Positions 53,142-64,000 of a DNA stretch of 64,000 bases are shown one piece after another. The position numbers and the translations under genes were made by a program. The notes below the pieces were generated by a model. That model was not told where the DNA came from. It searched no databases and worked only from the letters and a program-made list of their open reading frames with translations. Positions within the stretch are counted from its first letter, which is position 1; the number at the start of each line of letters is the position of its first letter. The DNA lies in the NCBI RefSeq assembly GCF_036971445.1, contig NC_091474.1, positions 208,382,001 to 208,446,000 of the forward strand. Reading direction: 5' to 3'. Origin of the DNA: Narcine bancroftii. Its lineage: Eukaryota.

Positions 53142-54446
53142 CTAAAATTTAAAAATATATCCTGATTAACTGTCCTGGTTCACCTTTGTAGAATAATTGT
53201 TGGCAACACATCATACAACATACTCATGACTTTTAGCCAGCAATACTCGCTCTACACAACGCGTAACCAATTGCTCAAGATGGGCTCTTGAATTAAATAA
53301 TATCGTTAGTTTACAGATTTCCTCTGATGGGAGAGAGACTCCCAACTCTCCTACCCATGATTCATCCCAAAACGTTGACACAGGATTGGTCACAAATATT
53401 GAAGCACATTCCCTGCGTTAAAGTTCACAATAAGAATCAAGAGGTTCCAATTTAATGCAGGTTATTGCAGGTGCCTAGCACTCAAGATGATTTAATGGAC
53501 ATGCAACAAATTAATCTCTCAGTATCAGTTAGAAAAAAAAAAATCAGAACTGAGAAAGTTGAGCATACATTGGAGACTCAAGGGGGAAAAAAATTTTGAA
53601 ATTCATATATCCAAATGATAGTTATTATTGTGACACAGTCAGTTGGGACAAAGTGACAAAATTAACCAAGGCTCAATTACAGGTCCCATTTTATTTTAGC
53701 ATATTCAGAATTGAGTAAAAAGCCAACTTTAAATGGTTGGAATGAAGGAATAAGGTTACATTTAATTGATTTATTATAAATCTTTAAACAGTCAACAATA
53801 GAGAAAGTGGAGAAAAATGAGGAAGTAACACAAGATATTGAAAATGACCTGCTGAAAATGGAGGCAGGAGAGGAGAGAGGAATGAGAACTCTCAATGGCA
53901 GGATGGAGAGTAGGAATAACTTACTGACAAAAGAGATGATGGATGCATGCAATAGGTGGTGAGAATCAGACAAATTTGTCCCTAACTTTTGCAACTTCAC
54001 ATTCCTCATCTCCAGGTCTGATTCTTCCCTTACAATCTATTGTAATCCCAATAAATAAACACCTGAAATAAAAATCAGAACACTCTAGGTATGCCCAATG
54101 AGCATCTGTGCAAGGTGAAACAAAATTTATTCCAAAATATTTATACATATTTACTTTATATTATATTTTTACGTAGGTAGGTGAATATTACATGCTGTGT
54201 GTGTGTGTGTATGCCATAGTCCAGAAAAGTGCTCTTTCATCTGGTTGCATCTGTGCAGTTAGGTGACAATAAACTTGAAAAGTTCATTTTTCAGAACTTT
54301 TTTTTTAAAGATCTGTTCTGCTCTCCACAGATACAATCTACCAACTGTTGACTGTTTGTCAATAGAACTTCAGTGTGTAATGGGCTTCAGAGTGTCCAAA
54401 AGAGCCATTAAAATCTCTCTATCAAAAGCAAGCAACTTTTACTCAC

Positions 54447-54580
54447 TCCATGAAAGATTGCAGATGGCGAATTAGTTCACAGTCATCATGGTTCAAATTC
54501 TGTATCCTGGCACTGGCTTCATCCAAATCACAGCATAAAAGACTAAGAGGCTGAGAGGAGAAGTGCTCTAGTAGAGATAA
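54447..54580 (-). CDS. ORC3: ORC3 exon (134 nt)
   Basis: LSLLEHFSSQPLSLLCCDLDEASARIQNLNHDDCELIRHLQSFM; cacag / gtgagt. Confidence 0.95.
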
Positions 54581-54681
54581 CTGTGTAGCGCAGGTAAAAG
54601 ATTAAACATGGATTGGATTAAGGTAAATTTCACTTTGCGTTCTGTAAGCACATTCCTCCATATTCACCAAATGTTGCTTAC

Positions 54682-54795
54682 CTGAAAACCTTTCACAAAA
54701 TTCTTTGTAGACAAATTATGGAACAAAAATACGTTATTCAGAATCTGAAGCACTTTTCCGCTCAACTTAAATGGGAATTTGGTTGTCAACACCAA
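54682..54795 (-). CDS. ORC3: ORC3 exon (114 nt)
   Basis: LVLTTKFPFKLSGKVLQILNNVFLFHNLSTKNFVKGFQ; catag / gtaagc. Confidence 0.96.
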
Positions 54796-54884
54796 CTATG
54801 AATGAAAACAAAATAGAAACAATTTACATTTAAATTTAAAATGGGAATATTAGATGTACTGAGTTACCAGAATGAGAAGGTAGG

Positions 54885-55115
54885 TGTGAGAGTACAGATT
54901 CTATCACCAATGTGTATATGTACAGATGGTCATGTAGGATGACTGTGATTGGCCGAGACTGTAGCCACGCCTACTGGCAGGTCTTAAAGGGTCGCTCCAA
55001 GCCAGACCAGGTCATTCTGGACTGGTCGACCTACATGTGATACGCTCCAGTCTTCTAGTTAATAAAAGCCTTGGTTTGGATCAACAAGTCTTTGGTTCTT
55101 TCGACGCACATTACA
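54885..55115 (+). mobile_element. Probable short solo LTR
   Basis: TGT...ACA bounds, attgg and cttaaa boxes, AATAAA at 55061-55066, CpGs retained. Left boundary uncertain, no exact TSD. Confidence 0.55.
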
Positions 55116-55639
55116 GATAGAAAAAAAATCACATCTGTTTGCAAATTCAAAATCTGTCTTTAATCTATAATATATCAGGAAAAAAAACGAGTGTCTCTCT
55201 CTCTCTCTCTCTTTTCAGACCAAGAAAACTGATCTTTCTCCAAAGCAGCTTTAGAGGAAATGTTGTCCTCCATAACAGCCATCCTCAACCATTTGTTGGC
55301 CATGGCCCCTTCAGGATTCTAATCAAAATTTATGGGTCCTCTTCCCTGTGAAGCAGTCAGGTCTATTTGCTCTCTTCTGTATTTCTCCCCTACTGACTCC
55401 AGAAAAACATTTTATGATTTCAGTCTGTGACTCCCCCTTAAATGGGGAGTGCTGTACGGCCTCCTTTTGAGAATGCTGGCTGTAAACACATCTCTTTTAC
55501 CCAAACTGCAATTCAGAGAATGAATGAAAACATCTTAAGCAACTCAAACTACTGGTTGCTTGAGAGGATCTACAGAGGTTTATTTTATACAATAAATCAT
55601 CTGCCCTCTGTTTGGCCTGTCCTCAGAATGATGGTGTAA

Positions 55640-56345
55640 GGAGCTATCAAAGAATACAACAGGATATAAATCAGTTATAGACACAAGCAGAGAAATTGCA
55701 GATGGAGTTTAATCCAAATTAAGTGTGAGGTATTGCACTTTTGGAGGTCAAAAAAAAAAAAGAGAACATGTAGACAGCTAATGGCAGAACTCTAAAGCAT
55801 TGATTGTGAAGAGGGATCTAGGTCCTTTGCTTATTGAAAGTGGCCAAGGAAATAGGGTAGTAAAGGTGTATGATATGCTTGGCTTCATTGGGCTGGGAAC
55901 TGAGTATAAAAGTCATCTGCAGATTTTGTTTAACTGGACAAATTTGGGTTATTTTCTCTGGAGTGTAGAAGGAAGAGGGGTGAGCTAATGAAAATTTACA
56001 AAATTAAGAGAGTAATTGATGAGGTGGATTTTCAGAATCTTTGCCCAGAGCAAAAAAAAAACACACATTTAGAGGAAATGCTTTTAAGGTGAGGGGGAGG
56101 AAGTTCAAGGGACATGCGCAGGACAATTTTTTTTTTTTAAAAGGGAGTGGTAGGTGCCTAGAATAGTCAGTCAGAAGTATTGGTGGTAGCAGATACAAAA
56201 AGTAGCATTTAAGAAGCTTCTAGATAGAACACACAAACATGACAGAAGTTCTCGAGTGCAAGCTTCAGAGCTTTATTTTAGTTTGGACTTCATCTTCTGC
56301 ACAGACACATGGGATGAAGGACCCGTCCCTGCACTGCTCTGATTT
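55640..56345 (+). mobile_element. Decayed CR1 LINE
   Basis: gcagatggagtttaatcc...aagtgtgaggtattgcacttttgg and a CR1-type 3' region. Confidence 0.75.
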
Positions 56346-56975
56346 ACAATTTTTAATGGATTAGAATCCATCCCTGTTTATTTCCACTTATCTGCCCAAA
56401 ATTAATCAAGTAAAACTGCAGGATGAACATCTATCCTTTAAAAGGAGGAGACTAAGTAAAATAAAAATGTACCAAGTGCTGCAGCTGGAGTACAAATAAG
56501 GTTCCAAAATACGAGTAAGAATTTTTTGCTCTGACAAAGACAAAGAAACCAGACAACAGAAACTTCAGATACATAGCCACAGCAAACTATTACAGGCAAA
56601 CATAACCATGTAATGCACTAAATATACTGGCTAATACATTATTCTCCACCACACTCCTATTCTGACCACAGACTCCTGCACTGTTATAGTGAGGCTCAAC
56701 ACTAGTCTGAGGAAAACCTCATCTCCCATTTGCTTTACGGACTTGGGATTGAATTCACAATTTCAGATACACTCTTTCTCTTTTGTAATAGAACTGGCTA
56801 ATTCTGTGGCTTATATTTCTCACTCAATATGCCAGACCTGCCAGGCATTTCCTCTAGTGCTGCATTTCACAGCTTTATTGTTTGTCACTTTTTCTGTCAA
56901 ACTGCACCCCCTCCCCCATCAACCTATCAGCTCAATGGCTTATCAATAACTTATTGCCATGATGACCATGTAGAC

Positions 56976-57345
56976 CAGCGGTTCTCAAATATTTTCTTTC
57001 CACTCATTACCACTTTAAGCAATCCCTCTCCCTTCGGTGCTCTGTGATTAGTAAGGGATTGCTTAAGGTGGGATGTGAGTGAGAAGGGAAGGTTGAGAAC
57101 CACTGCTTTAGGCCCAATTGTTACTGAAATATTTTGCTTAAGAAAAATTGTCATTGGCCCATTTCCTTTGGAGTTATGAAACCATACACATAACGAATCA
57201 ATTAGGTACAATTAAAACAGCGATTTTCAAACTTTCTCTTCCCACTCACATATCACCTTAAGCAATCCCTTACTAATCACAGAGCACCTATGGCATAGGG
57301 ATTACTTAAAGTGGTATGTGAGCGGAAAAAGGTTGAGAACCACTG
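56976..57345. mobile_element. hAT-type composite MITE, copy 3
   Basis: Perfect 8-bp TSD atgtagac (56968-56975, 57346-57353); cagcggttctcaa / ttgagaaccactg. Confidence 0.92.
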
Positions 57346-57556
57346 ATGTAGACAATGGGAAAAGATATTATCTTTGTCACATTTATACCTACTCCATTCT
57401 CATTTCAACAAATCTTTTTCTAATTTTTCCAAAACATTAACTATTTTACCGCAGATGAGGCCTGATCTGCCAAATGTTTCCAGTATTTTCTGTTCTTGTA
57501 TCAGATATCAAGCGCCTGAAGTTTTTAATGATTATCACTAAATATTTTGAATTTAC

Positions 57557-57716
57557 CTTATCAATAACTGTAGCCAAATGATCAGTACAGGATAAAGACT
57601 GGAACAGTTCAATACACAGCAATGAGGAGACAGAGTGGGGCAGCATTTGGTGTATAGTGATTGGGGACGTGGCAATACCAAAAACCAGCACCATGGGGAG
57701 TCGCTGGACATGGTTG
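57557..57716 (-). CDS. ORC3: ORC3 exon (160 nt)
   Basis: [53 protein letters not shown]; AG/GT bounded. Confidence 0.97.
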
Positions 57717-57978
57717 CTGAAATATTAAACAGACATTTAGAATTAATGGTTACTTACAAGCAATCAGAACCCAAACAGACATACAAGTTTGTGGCCATCT
57801 TCTAAAGCTATTTTTCACCCGCCCCTAACAAAAACTAATTTCCTTGAAACATAGAAGATCAAATTACCCTTACAATGGATTCAGCACTCATTCATGCAAA
57901 TATAAAATCAGGAAGAGACTGCAAATGTAGAACTAATTAACTTTATCACATGAAAATAGAAAATGATTTAGTTCAATC

Positions 57979-59135
57979 TGACAAAGTTCCCCACAGGAGG
58001 TTAGGAAAAAAGGTGGAGGCATTAGGTATAAATGAGGAGGTAGTGAAATGGATTCAGCAATGGTTGGATGGGAGGTGTCAGAGAGTAGGGGTAGAAAATT
58101 GTTTGTCCAATTGGAGGCCGGTGACTAGTGGAATTCCTCAGGGATCGGTCCTCGGACCACTATTGTTTGTTATATATATTAACGATCTGGAAGTAGGGGT
58201 GGAGGGGTGGAGAATTGGATAAGCAAATTTGCGGATGATACAAAGATTGGTGGTGTTGACAATGAGGAAGATTACCATAGATTAAAAGGTGATTTAGGAA
58301 GGCTGGAGGTGTGGAATGAGAAATAGCTGATGGAATTTAATACAGATAAGTGTGAGGTGTTACATTTTGGAAAGGCAAATCTAAATAGGTCATATGCATT
58401 AAATGGTAGGCTATTGAGATGTGCAGAGCAACAAAGGGATTTAGGAGTTGTGGTAAATAGTACCCTCAAGGTTGATACTCGGGTAGATGGTGTGGTGAAG
58501 AAGGCATTTGGAACGTTGGCCTTCATAAATCGGAGTATTGAATTCAAGAGTAGGGAGGTTATGATGAAATTGTACAAGGCATTGGTGAGGCCAAATTTGG
58601 AGTACTGTGTACAGTTTTGGTCACCAAATTATAGGAAAGATATAAACAAAATAGAGAGTGCAGAGAAGGTTCACGAGAATGTTGACAGGATTTCAAGGTT
58701 TGAGTTACAGGGAAAGGTTGTGCAGACTGGGGCTTTTTTCTCTGGAGCGTAGAAGATCGAGAGGGAACTTGATAGAGCTGTTTAAGATTTTAAAAGGGAC
58801 AGACAGAGTAAACGTGGATAGGCTTTTTCAATTAAGAGTGGGGAGATTCAAACTAGAGGGCATGGTTTAAGATTGAAGGGGGAAAATTATAAGGGGAACA
58901 TGAGGGGAAATTTCTTTACGTAAAGGGTGGTGGAGGTATGTAATGAGCTTCCGGCAGACGTGGTCGAGGCGGGATCATTGGGTACATTTAAGGATAGACT
59001 GGATAGTTACATGGAGAGGAGAGGACTGGAGGGGTATGGACCGGGTGCTGGTCAGTGGGACTAGGAGGGTGGGGATTTGTTACAGCATGGACTAGTAGGG
59101 CCAAACTGGCCTGTTCTGTGCTGTAAGTGGTTATA
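57979..59135 (+). mobile_element. Relatively young 5'-truncated CR1 LINE
   Basis: [49 protein letters not shown]; frameshifted. Confidence 0.93.
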
Positions 59136-60930
59136 TGGAACCAAATCCAAATTAGAAGCAAACTGTGAAGGGATGAGCAGCACTGTGATGGTAGTAAAAA
59201 CGCAGAAATGCTGGAGGAACTCAGCAGCATCCAAGCGAGGTAACGATATATAGTAAAATCCCCATTATTCTGGTGCTGGCATCATAGTTCCAGCTGTTTG
59301 GGGAGTTTATGGGTAATGAAGACAGCAATTGCTCCCACATTGAGTGTTGCTGCGATTCAGTGTAGCACTCCATAAACTCCAGGCTCTGCTGCTTTGTCAG
59401 GAGTTAGACTGGGGGGGGGGGTGAGGGTGGCGACAGATGCCGCTGCGCTGCCGGGGTTGGCCTGAAGACCAGCCCGACAAGCTGGTGGAGCGCCATAAAG
59501 CCGCTGGTGGTCAGCTCCACCGCCCCGATGGCCCGCGCCTCCTGTAGCTCTGCACCTAGTGTCCAGCTTTCTGCCCCACTTGGCCGCTGTCTCTGGCTGC
59601 TTTTGGCCAAGCTCCTGGGCCACCCTGTCACCTCAGGCTTCCACTTGTCTGACGCACTGGTCAAGAGCCTCCTGTATGGCACACTTCAAACTCTCCCGCC
59701 CCAGACGCAAAATAGTCTGGCATCAGCCCTAGTTGGGGGAGTGGGAGTGACGCATTTGCTTAAGTGGACCAAAATCAAAATGATTCTGAAATCCAGAAGA
59801 TTCCGAAAAACGGCATGTGTCGGGTCCCGATGATTTCAGATAAAAGGTTAGACACCTGCAGTAAAATTAAATAGAGACAATGTGGATTTATAAAAGTAAA
59901 ATCACCTTTGGCACACCTGTTGGAATTTTTTTTTGAGGATTTAACTACCAAAACAGACACGGGCCAACCAGCTAGAGGTGAATTTGAGTTTTTGTCAGGG
60001 ATTCAACTTTGACAAGGAGCTACACAAAAGATCATTCCATAAAATTAGAGCATTCATGATTGAGGATTATATACTAGCATAGAATGAGGATTGGTAGAAA
60101 TAAATGGGTCATTAGGTTGGAAGACCATGATTGGCCACAGATGCATTAATTATTTTGAGGAGAGAATTAAATGTTACATTATCACAGTCAGATAATGATT
60201 CAAGGCTACATGATACTGTGGGTTGTGAGGAGGATGGAGAGACAGTATAAGGATTTGGAGAGATTAAGTTATTGGACAAGAACATGGCTGATGGAATAAA
60301 ATGAGGAAAAAGTGCAAGGCCTTTCATTTTTTGAGAAAAATAAGATTTTTCAGATATTAAGACTACTCATGTTCAGAAGGACTTGGTCCTTGCAGTAATC
60401 ACTAAAAATAAACAGAATCACAATGAACAAATAACACAAATATCAATGAGAAAGACCAGTGATGCTTTAGCCAAGAGGATTTGAATACAAGAGAGGAGCA
60501 TCTTGTTCCAATAATATAGAACCCCAGCCAAATTGTTGCTGGAAATATAGTGAAACGGTGTGTAGGTCTGGAGAGTGAGATGAACCTCTGGAATTATTTG
60601 ACCCAGAGAGTTGTGAAGACAAGCTGATTAGATATATTTAAAGTAGAGGTCTGGAGAAATGAGGGCAATGTGGTCTGGCAATGAAGAGGAATCGAGGCCC
60701 GGGGTGGAATAATCATGATAACATTGAATGGTGAGTCAATCTTGTGGGAGTGAGTGGGCCTACGCCTACTCCTACTCCTGTGTTCTCCATATCCAACGGA
60801 AGTCATACTTGCAACAAGGAAATATGGCAAGATCTCTCTAGATTAATCCTTGAGATGGTGATTTGTCAACTTGTCAGGAATAAGCAGATCAAACCTACAC
60901 CCTTCAGAGTTTAGGACAATGAAGGAAGAA

Positions 60931-61177
60931 TGGGTGGCAAGGTTGGCATAGCTAACGGTTAGCGCAACACAGCAATCGGGACCAGGGTTTGAATCCAGTG
61001 CTGTTTGCAAGGAGTTTCTATGTTCTCCCCATGTCTGTGTGGGTTTTCCCCGGGGGCTCTAGCTTCCACACACAATTCAAAACAAACTGGGGGTGTGGGT
61101 TAAATGGGTGTAAATTGGGCGGCACAGACACGTGAGCCAAAATGGTCTGTTACCATGCTGCATGTCTAAAAAAAAAA
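60931..61177 (+). mobile_element. tRNA-derived SINE
   Basis: A-box-like tggcatagctaacgg, B-box ggtttgaatcc, conserved body and A-rich tail. Confidence 0.75.
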
Positions 61178-62138
61178 CACCAATATGGTATAATATGGAA
61201 CATGGTCTCACAGGGAATAAGCAGGGTTAACCTTACCTTGGCTGGGGAGTCAAGAACCGGGGGGAGGGAGGGGTCACAGTTTCAAAATAAGGGGTCATCC
61301 ATTCAAGAATGAGAGAAGAAATTTCTTCACCCAGAGCATAATTAACTTTGGAATTCTCTGATCCAGAGGCTGTGGAGGCTAATTCAGTCAGTAGTTTCAA
61401 GACGGAGATAAATAACATTTTTCAACTTTAAGGGAATCGAGGACAAAGAGTTTTTACAGAAGAGTGGCACCAAAGTAAAAGAGGAGCTATGATGTTCTTT
61501 AATGGCAAAGGTACAAGGATCCCAAATGCCTACTTGTGATTCTACTTTGAATGTACTTAATACTACGATTGACAGATATTGATGATCAGATTGAGCATCA
61601 GAGTGAATGGAGCAAAGGCAAATAAATGTGGCCAGAACATAATTCAGCCAAAACTTAGACTGAGCAATGTAACAATCAGGGTGCCTGAATGGCCTCTTCC
61701 TGCATCTCGATGGCCAATTCCTGAATTTACCCCTTTCAGACAGATTGCTTGTCCATTTAGAGCCCATCTGAATACGGCATTAGGCAGGCACTAGGTGAAA
61801 AATGGTTTCCTCTCCTGATCCTCAACTCCCAATACCTATTTTTCAGTTACAGAATAAATGGTTATGAGTTTAATTCTTTCCTATGAATGCCTTGGCCTGG
61901 TGAGTCTCCACTTCTCTTTTTCTCCAGGGTATGAATTTCAGATTCTTTAATTACATTGCCCACTGTTAGGCCAATCAGCCAATCCTCATCATGACATATT
62001 CAAACACCACTTAATTTTCAGACAATTTCCCCCCACCCTCAATCATTTTCTAGGCCACTCTTTTACATATACGGCAACACAGTAATATTTTAATTGCAGC
62101 CAACTATTCCAAAATGAACTATAATAATCTGTTATTAC

Positions 62139-62275
62139 CTGGCAATGACTACAAAATCTTGCAGCACTTTGGGGACAAAGCTCTCAAGATCTTTGAAGAT
62201 GATAACTATGGGATGGACCTCCTTGTGCTGAAGCAAAGATTTCTTCTTTTTAGTTGGGCTTTTTGTGGTAGAATT
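62139..62275 (-). CDS. ORC3: ORC3 exon (137 nt), most 5' exon found; the gene starts beyond the window
   Basis: NSTTKSPTKKKKSLLQHKEVHPIVIIFKDLESFVPKVLQDFVVIA; gcag / gtaata. Confidence 0.93.
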
Positions 62276-62814
62276 CTGCATCAGAACAAATAACAGGCTG
62301 AAATAATTCAGAAGGCAATTATTTTCCCTTAATAAAAATGCCATTTAAAACCACAGCACCAATATAATCTTCCTCCTAATGAAGAAAATACTTGAAACAT
62401 GTGCCATTCCACAGAACAACCCCAATTCTTGCTCTCAGCTAACACTGTTCTGACAGACAATGCAAAACCAGTTACCTTGGGTGGGGGGGGAAAGGGTTTG
62501 GAGAAAGTGAGAACACAAAATGGATGGATCAAAGTGAGAAACTTGGGCTTGTTTCGGATTATCTTTGAGAAGGCTGGGAGCTGGTCAGCTTCCATCCTGG
62601 CCAACAAATTGTGAATCAAGATCAAGACCAACATGGCAGGATAGTAGTACATTTTAAAGAATGTTGACATTTTCAAGGAGAGCATCCCACAAAATCTAAC
62701 GATTGTTGGTGCAAGTATTTTTCAGTTTCCCGCACACCTAGTGATAGGCGTCAACAACCTGAAGATGTTATCTGGCTGAGGAGCAAGTCACATTAAAGAT
62801 TTCTCTCTAGAAGA

Positions 62815-63260
62815 ACACTTTGGTTAGGCCGATTATTGGAGTATTGCCTACAGTTTTGGTTGCCACATTACAGGAATGACAAGGAGGCTCTGGAGAGGGT
62901 GCAGAAGAGATTCACCAGGATGATGCCTGAATAAGAGAGTATTAGTTATAGGAAAGGATGGACAAACTTGGATTGCTTTATCTGGAACTTTGGAATCTGA
63001 AGGATGACCTAATAGAAGTAGAATTGGGTGGACAGACCAGAGTCTAATACTCGATGGCACTGCTTTACGGTTGTGGGGTTGAAGTTTAAAGGAGAGGATT
63101 TAGGAGGCACTGTTTTTAAATATACAAAAAATATTCAGTGTTTGGAACACCCCGCCAGGGGAAATAGAAGAAATTATTGCAATATTTATGATGCAGTTAG
63201 ACATGAACGTGCAGGGAATGGAGAAATATACACCATGTGCAGGCAAATGGGATCAATTAA
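62815..63260 (+). mobile_element. Decayed CR1 LINE
   Basis: ttggagtattg...cagttttggttgccacattacagg...gagagggtgcagaagagattcaccaggatg. Confidence 0.75.
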
Positions 63261-64000
63261 AACTGTCATAATTTTTCTTACTTGTGGTGGTGGCGGCAGC
63301 AGTCTTTAGCATTTAATTTTTGGGGGGGGGGGGGTTTCTGAATTTTTTGTGAACAACATTGCACAGAAACCTCAAAGTTGCTGACAGCTACGCGAAGTAA
63401 TTACACCACCTGTACTTTTCACCATTATTACCAATGCAAATACTGGATGTATACAAACAGCTGATGGTGACACTTTCCCACCCTCAAGATGCCCAAAAGT
63501 GCTTTCCAATGACTCAATTTTGAAATGTGGTCTCTATGGAAACATAAGGAAACACATCAGGCAGATTATGCTTACAAAAAATTCACATCAACACAATTGT
63601 ATAATTAGCAAATTTCCAAATTATCAGTGTAGCTTGTGGAATAAATGTTGGCCAGGAGTTAGAGATTTCCCTCCTTTTCTTCAAAGGATACTGAGGAATC
63701 TGGTACACTATCGTAGAGCAGATAGGTCTTGGGATTAGTGGTCTAGGAATTCTAGTGAATGGAAATTGATCATAAAAAGAGAATGTTAATGATTGTGTCA
63801 GTTGTTGATCTGAAACTACAAATCTCAAAAGTACAGAAGAATTGTATATTGTTTAAGTGAAAAAAAGAGTATCATCTTGGATTAAGTCCAGGCATTATCT
63901 GATAGCGCTAACCTCATCATTGACTCCAAGGTAAGTGGATGGGTTGGGGAGCATCTACAACCAAGATCTGGGGATCATGATCAATTGAGGGGTTGGTAAC

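Noticed and set aside
53790-53965. Purine-rich open frame on plus strand
   Set aside because: Short, no homology I can recognise; probably decayed repeat.
60931-61000. tRNA gene
   Set aside because: A/B boxes belong to a SINE head; no cloverleaf.

Overview
Eukaryotic, TE-rich vertebrate DNA; the repeat families suggest a shark or ray (inference). Two host genes face each other tail to tail: the last two coding exons and 3' UTR of AKIRIN2 (+) and the last 14 coding exons of ORC3 (-, 62275 to 15616). The ORC3 exons splice into one open frame of 1575 nt, and the last intron is a clear minor-spliceosome (U12) intron. The first 8.5 kb, presumably an AKIRIN2 intron, holds a decayed near-full-length DIRS tyrosine-recombinase retrotransposon (gag-like, RT, RNase H, adenine methyltransferase, YR, ITRs and ICR) and an apparently perfect array of about 136 copies of a 21-bp GC-rich unit. 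Introns carry CR1, Rex1/Babar, RTE, L1, Gypsy, Penelope-like, SINE, hAT and Tc1/mariner elements. The best leads are the 21-bp array, the U12 intron with a junction stop codon and nearby U2 donor, two young RTE copies that both have 5' inversions, a composite hAT MITE and a hammerhead-ribozyme-like motif. No CRISPR array, rRNA or tRNA gene is supported. All calls are by eye; no searches were run.
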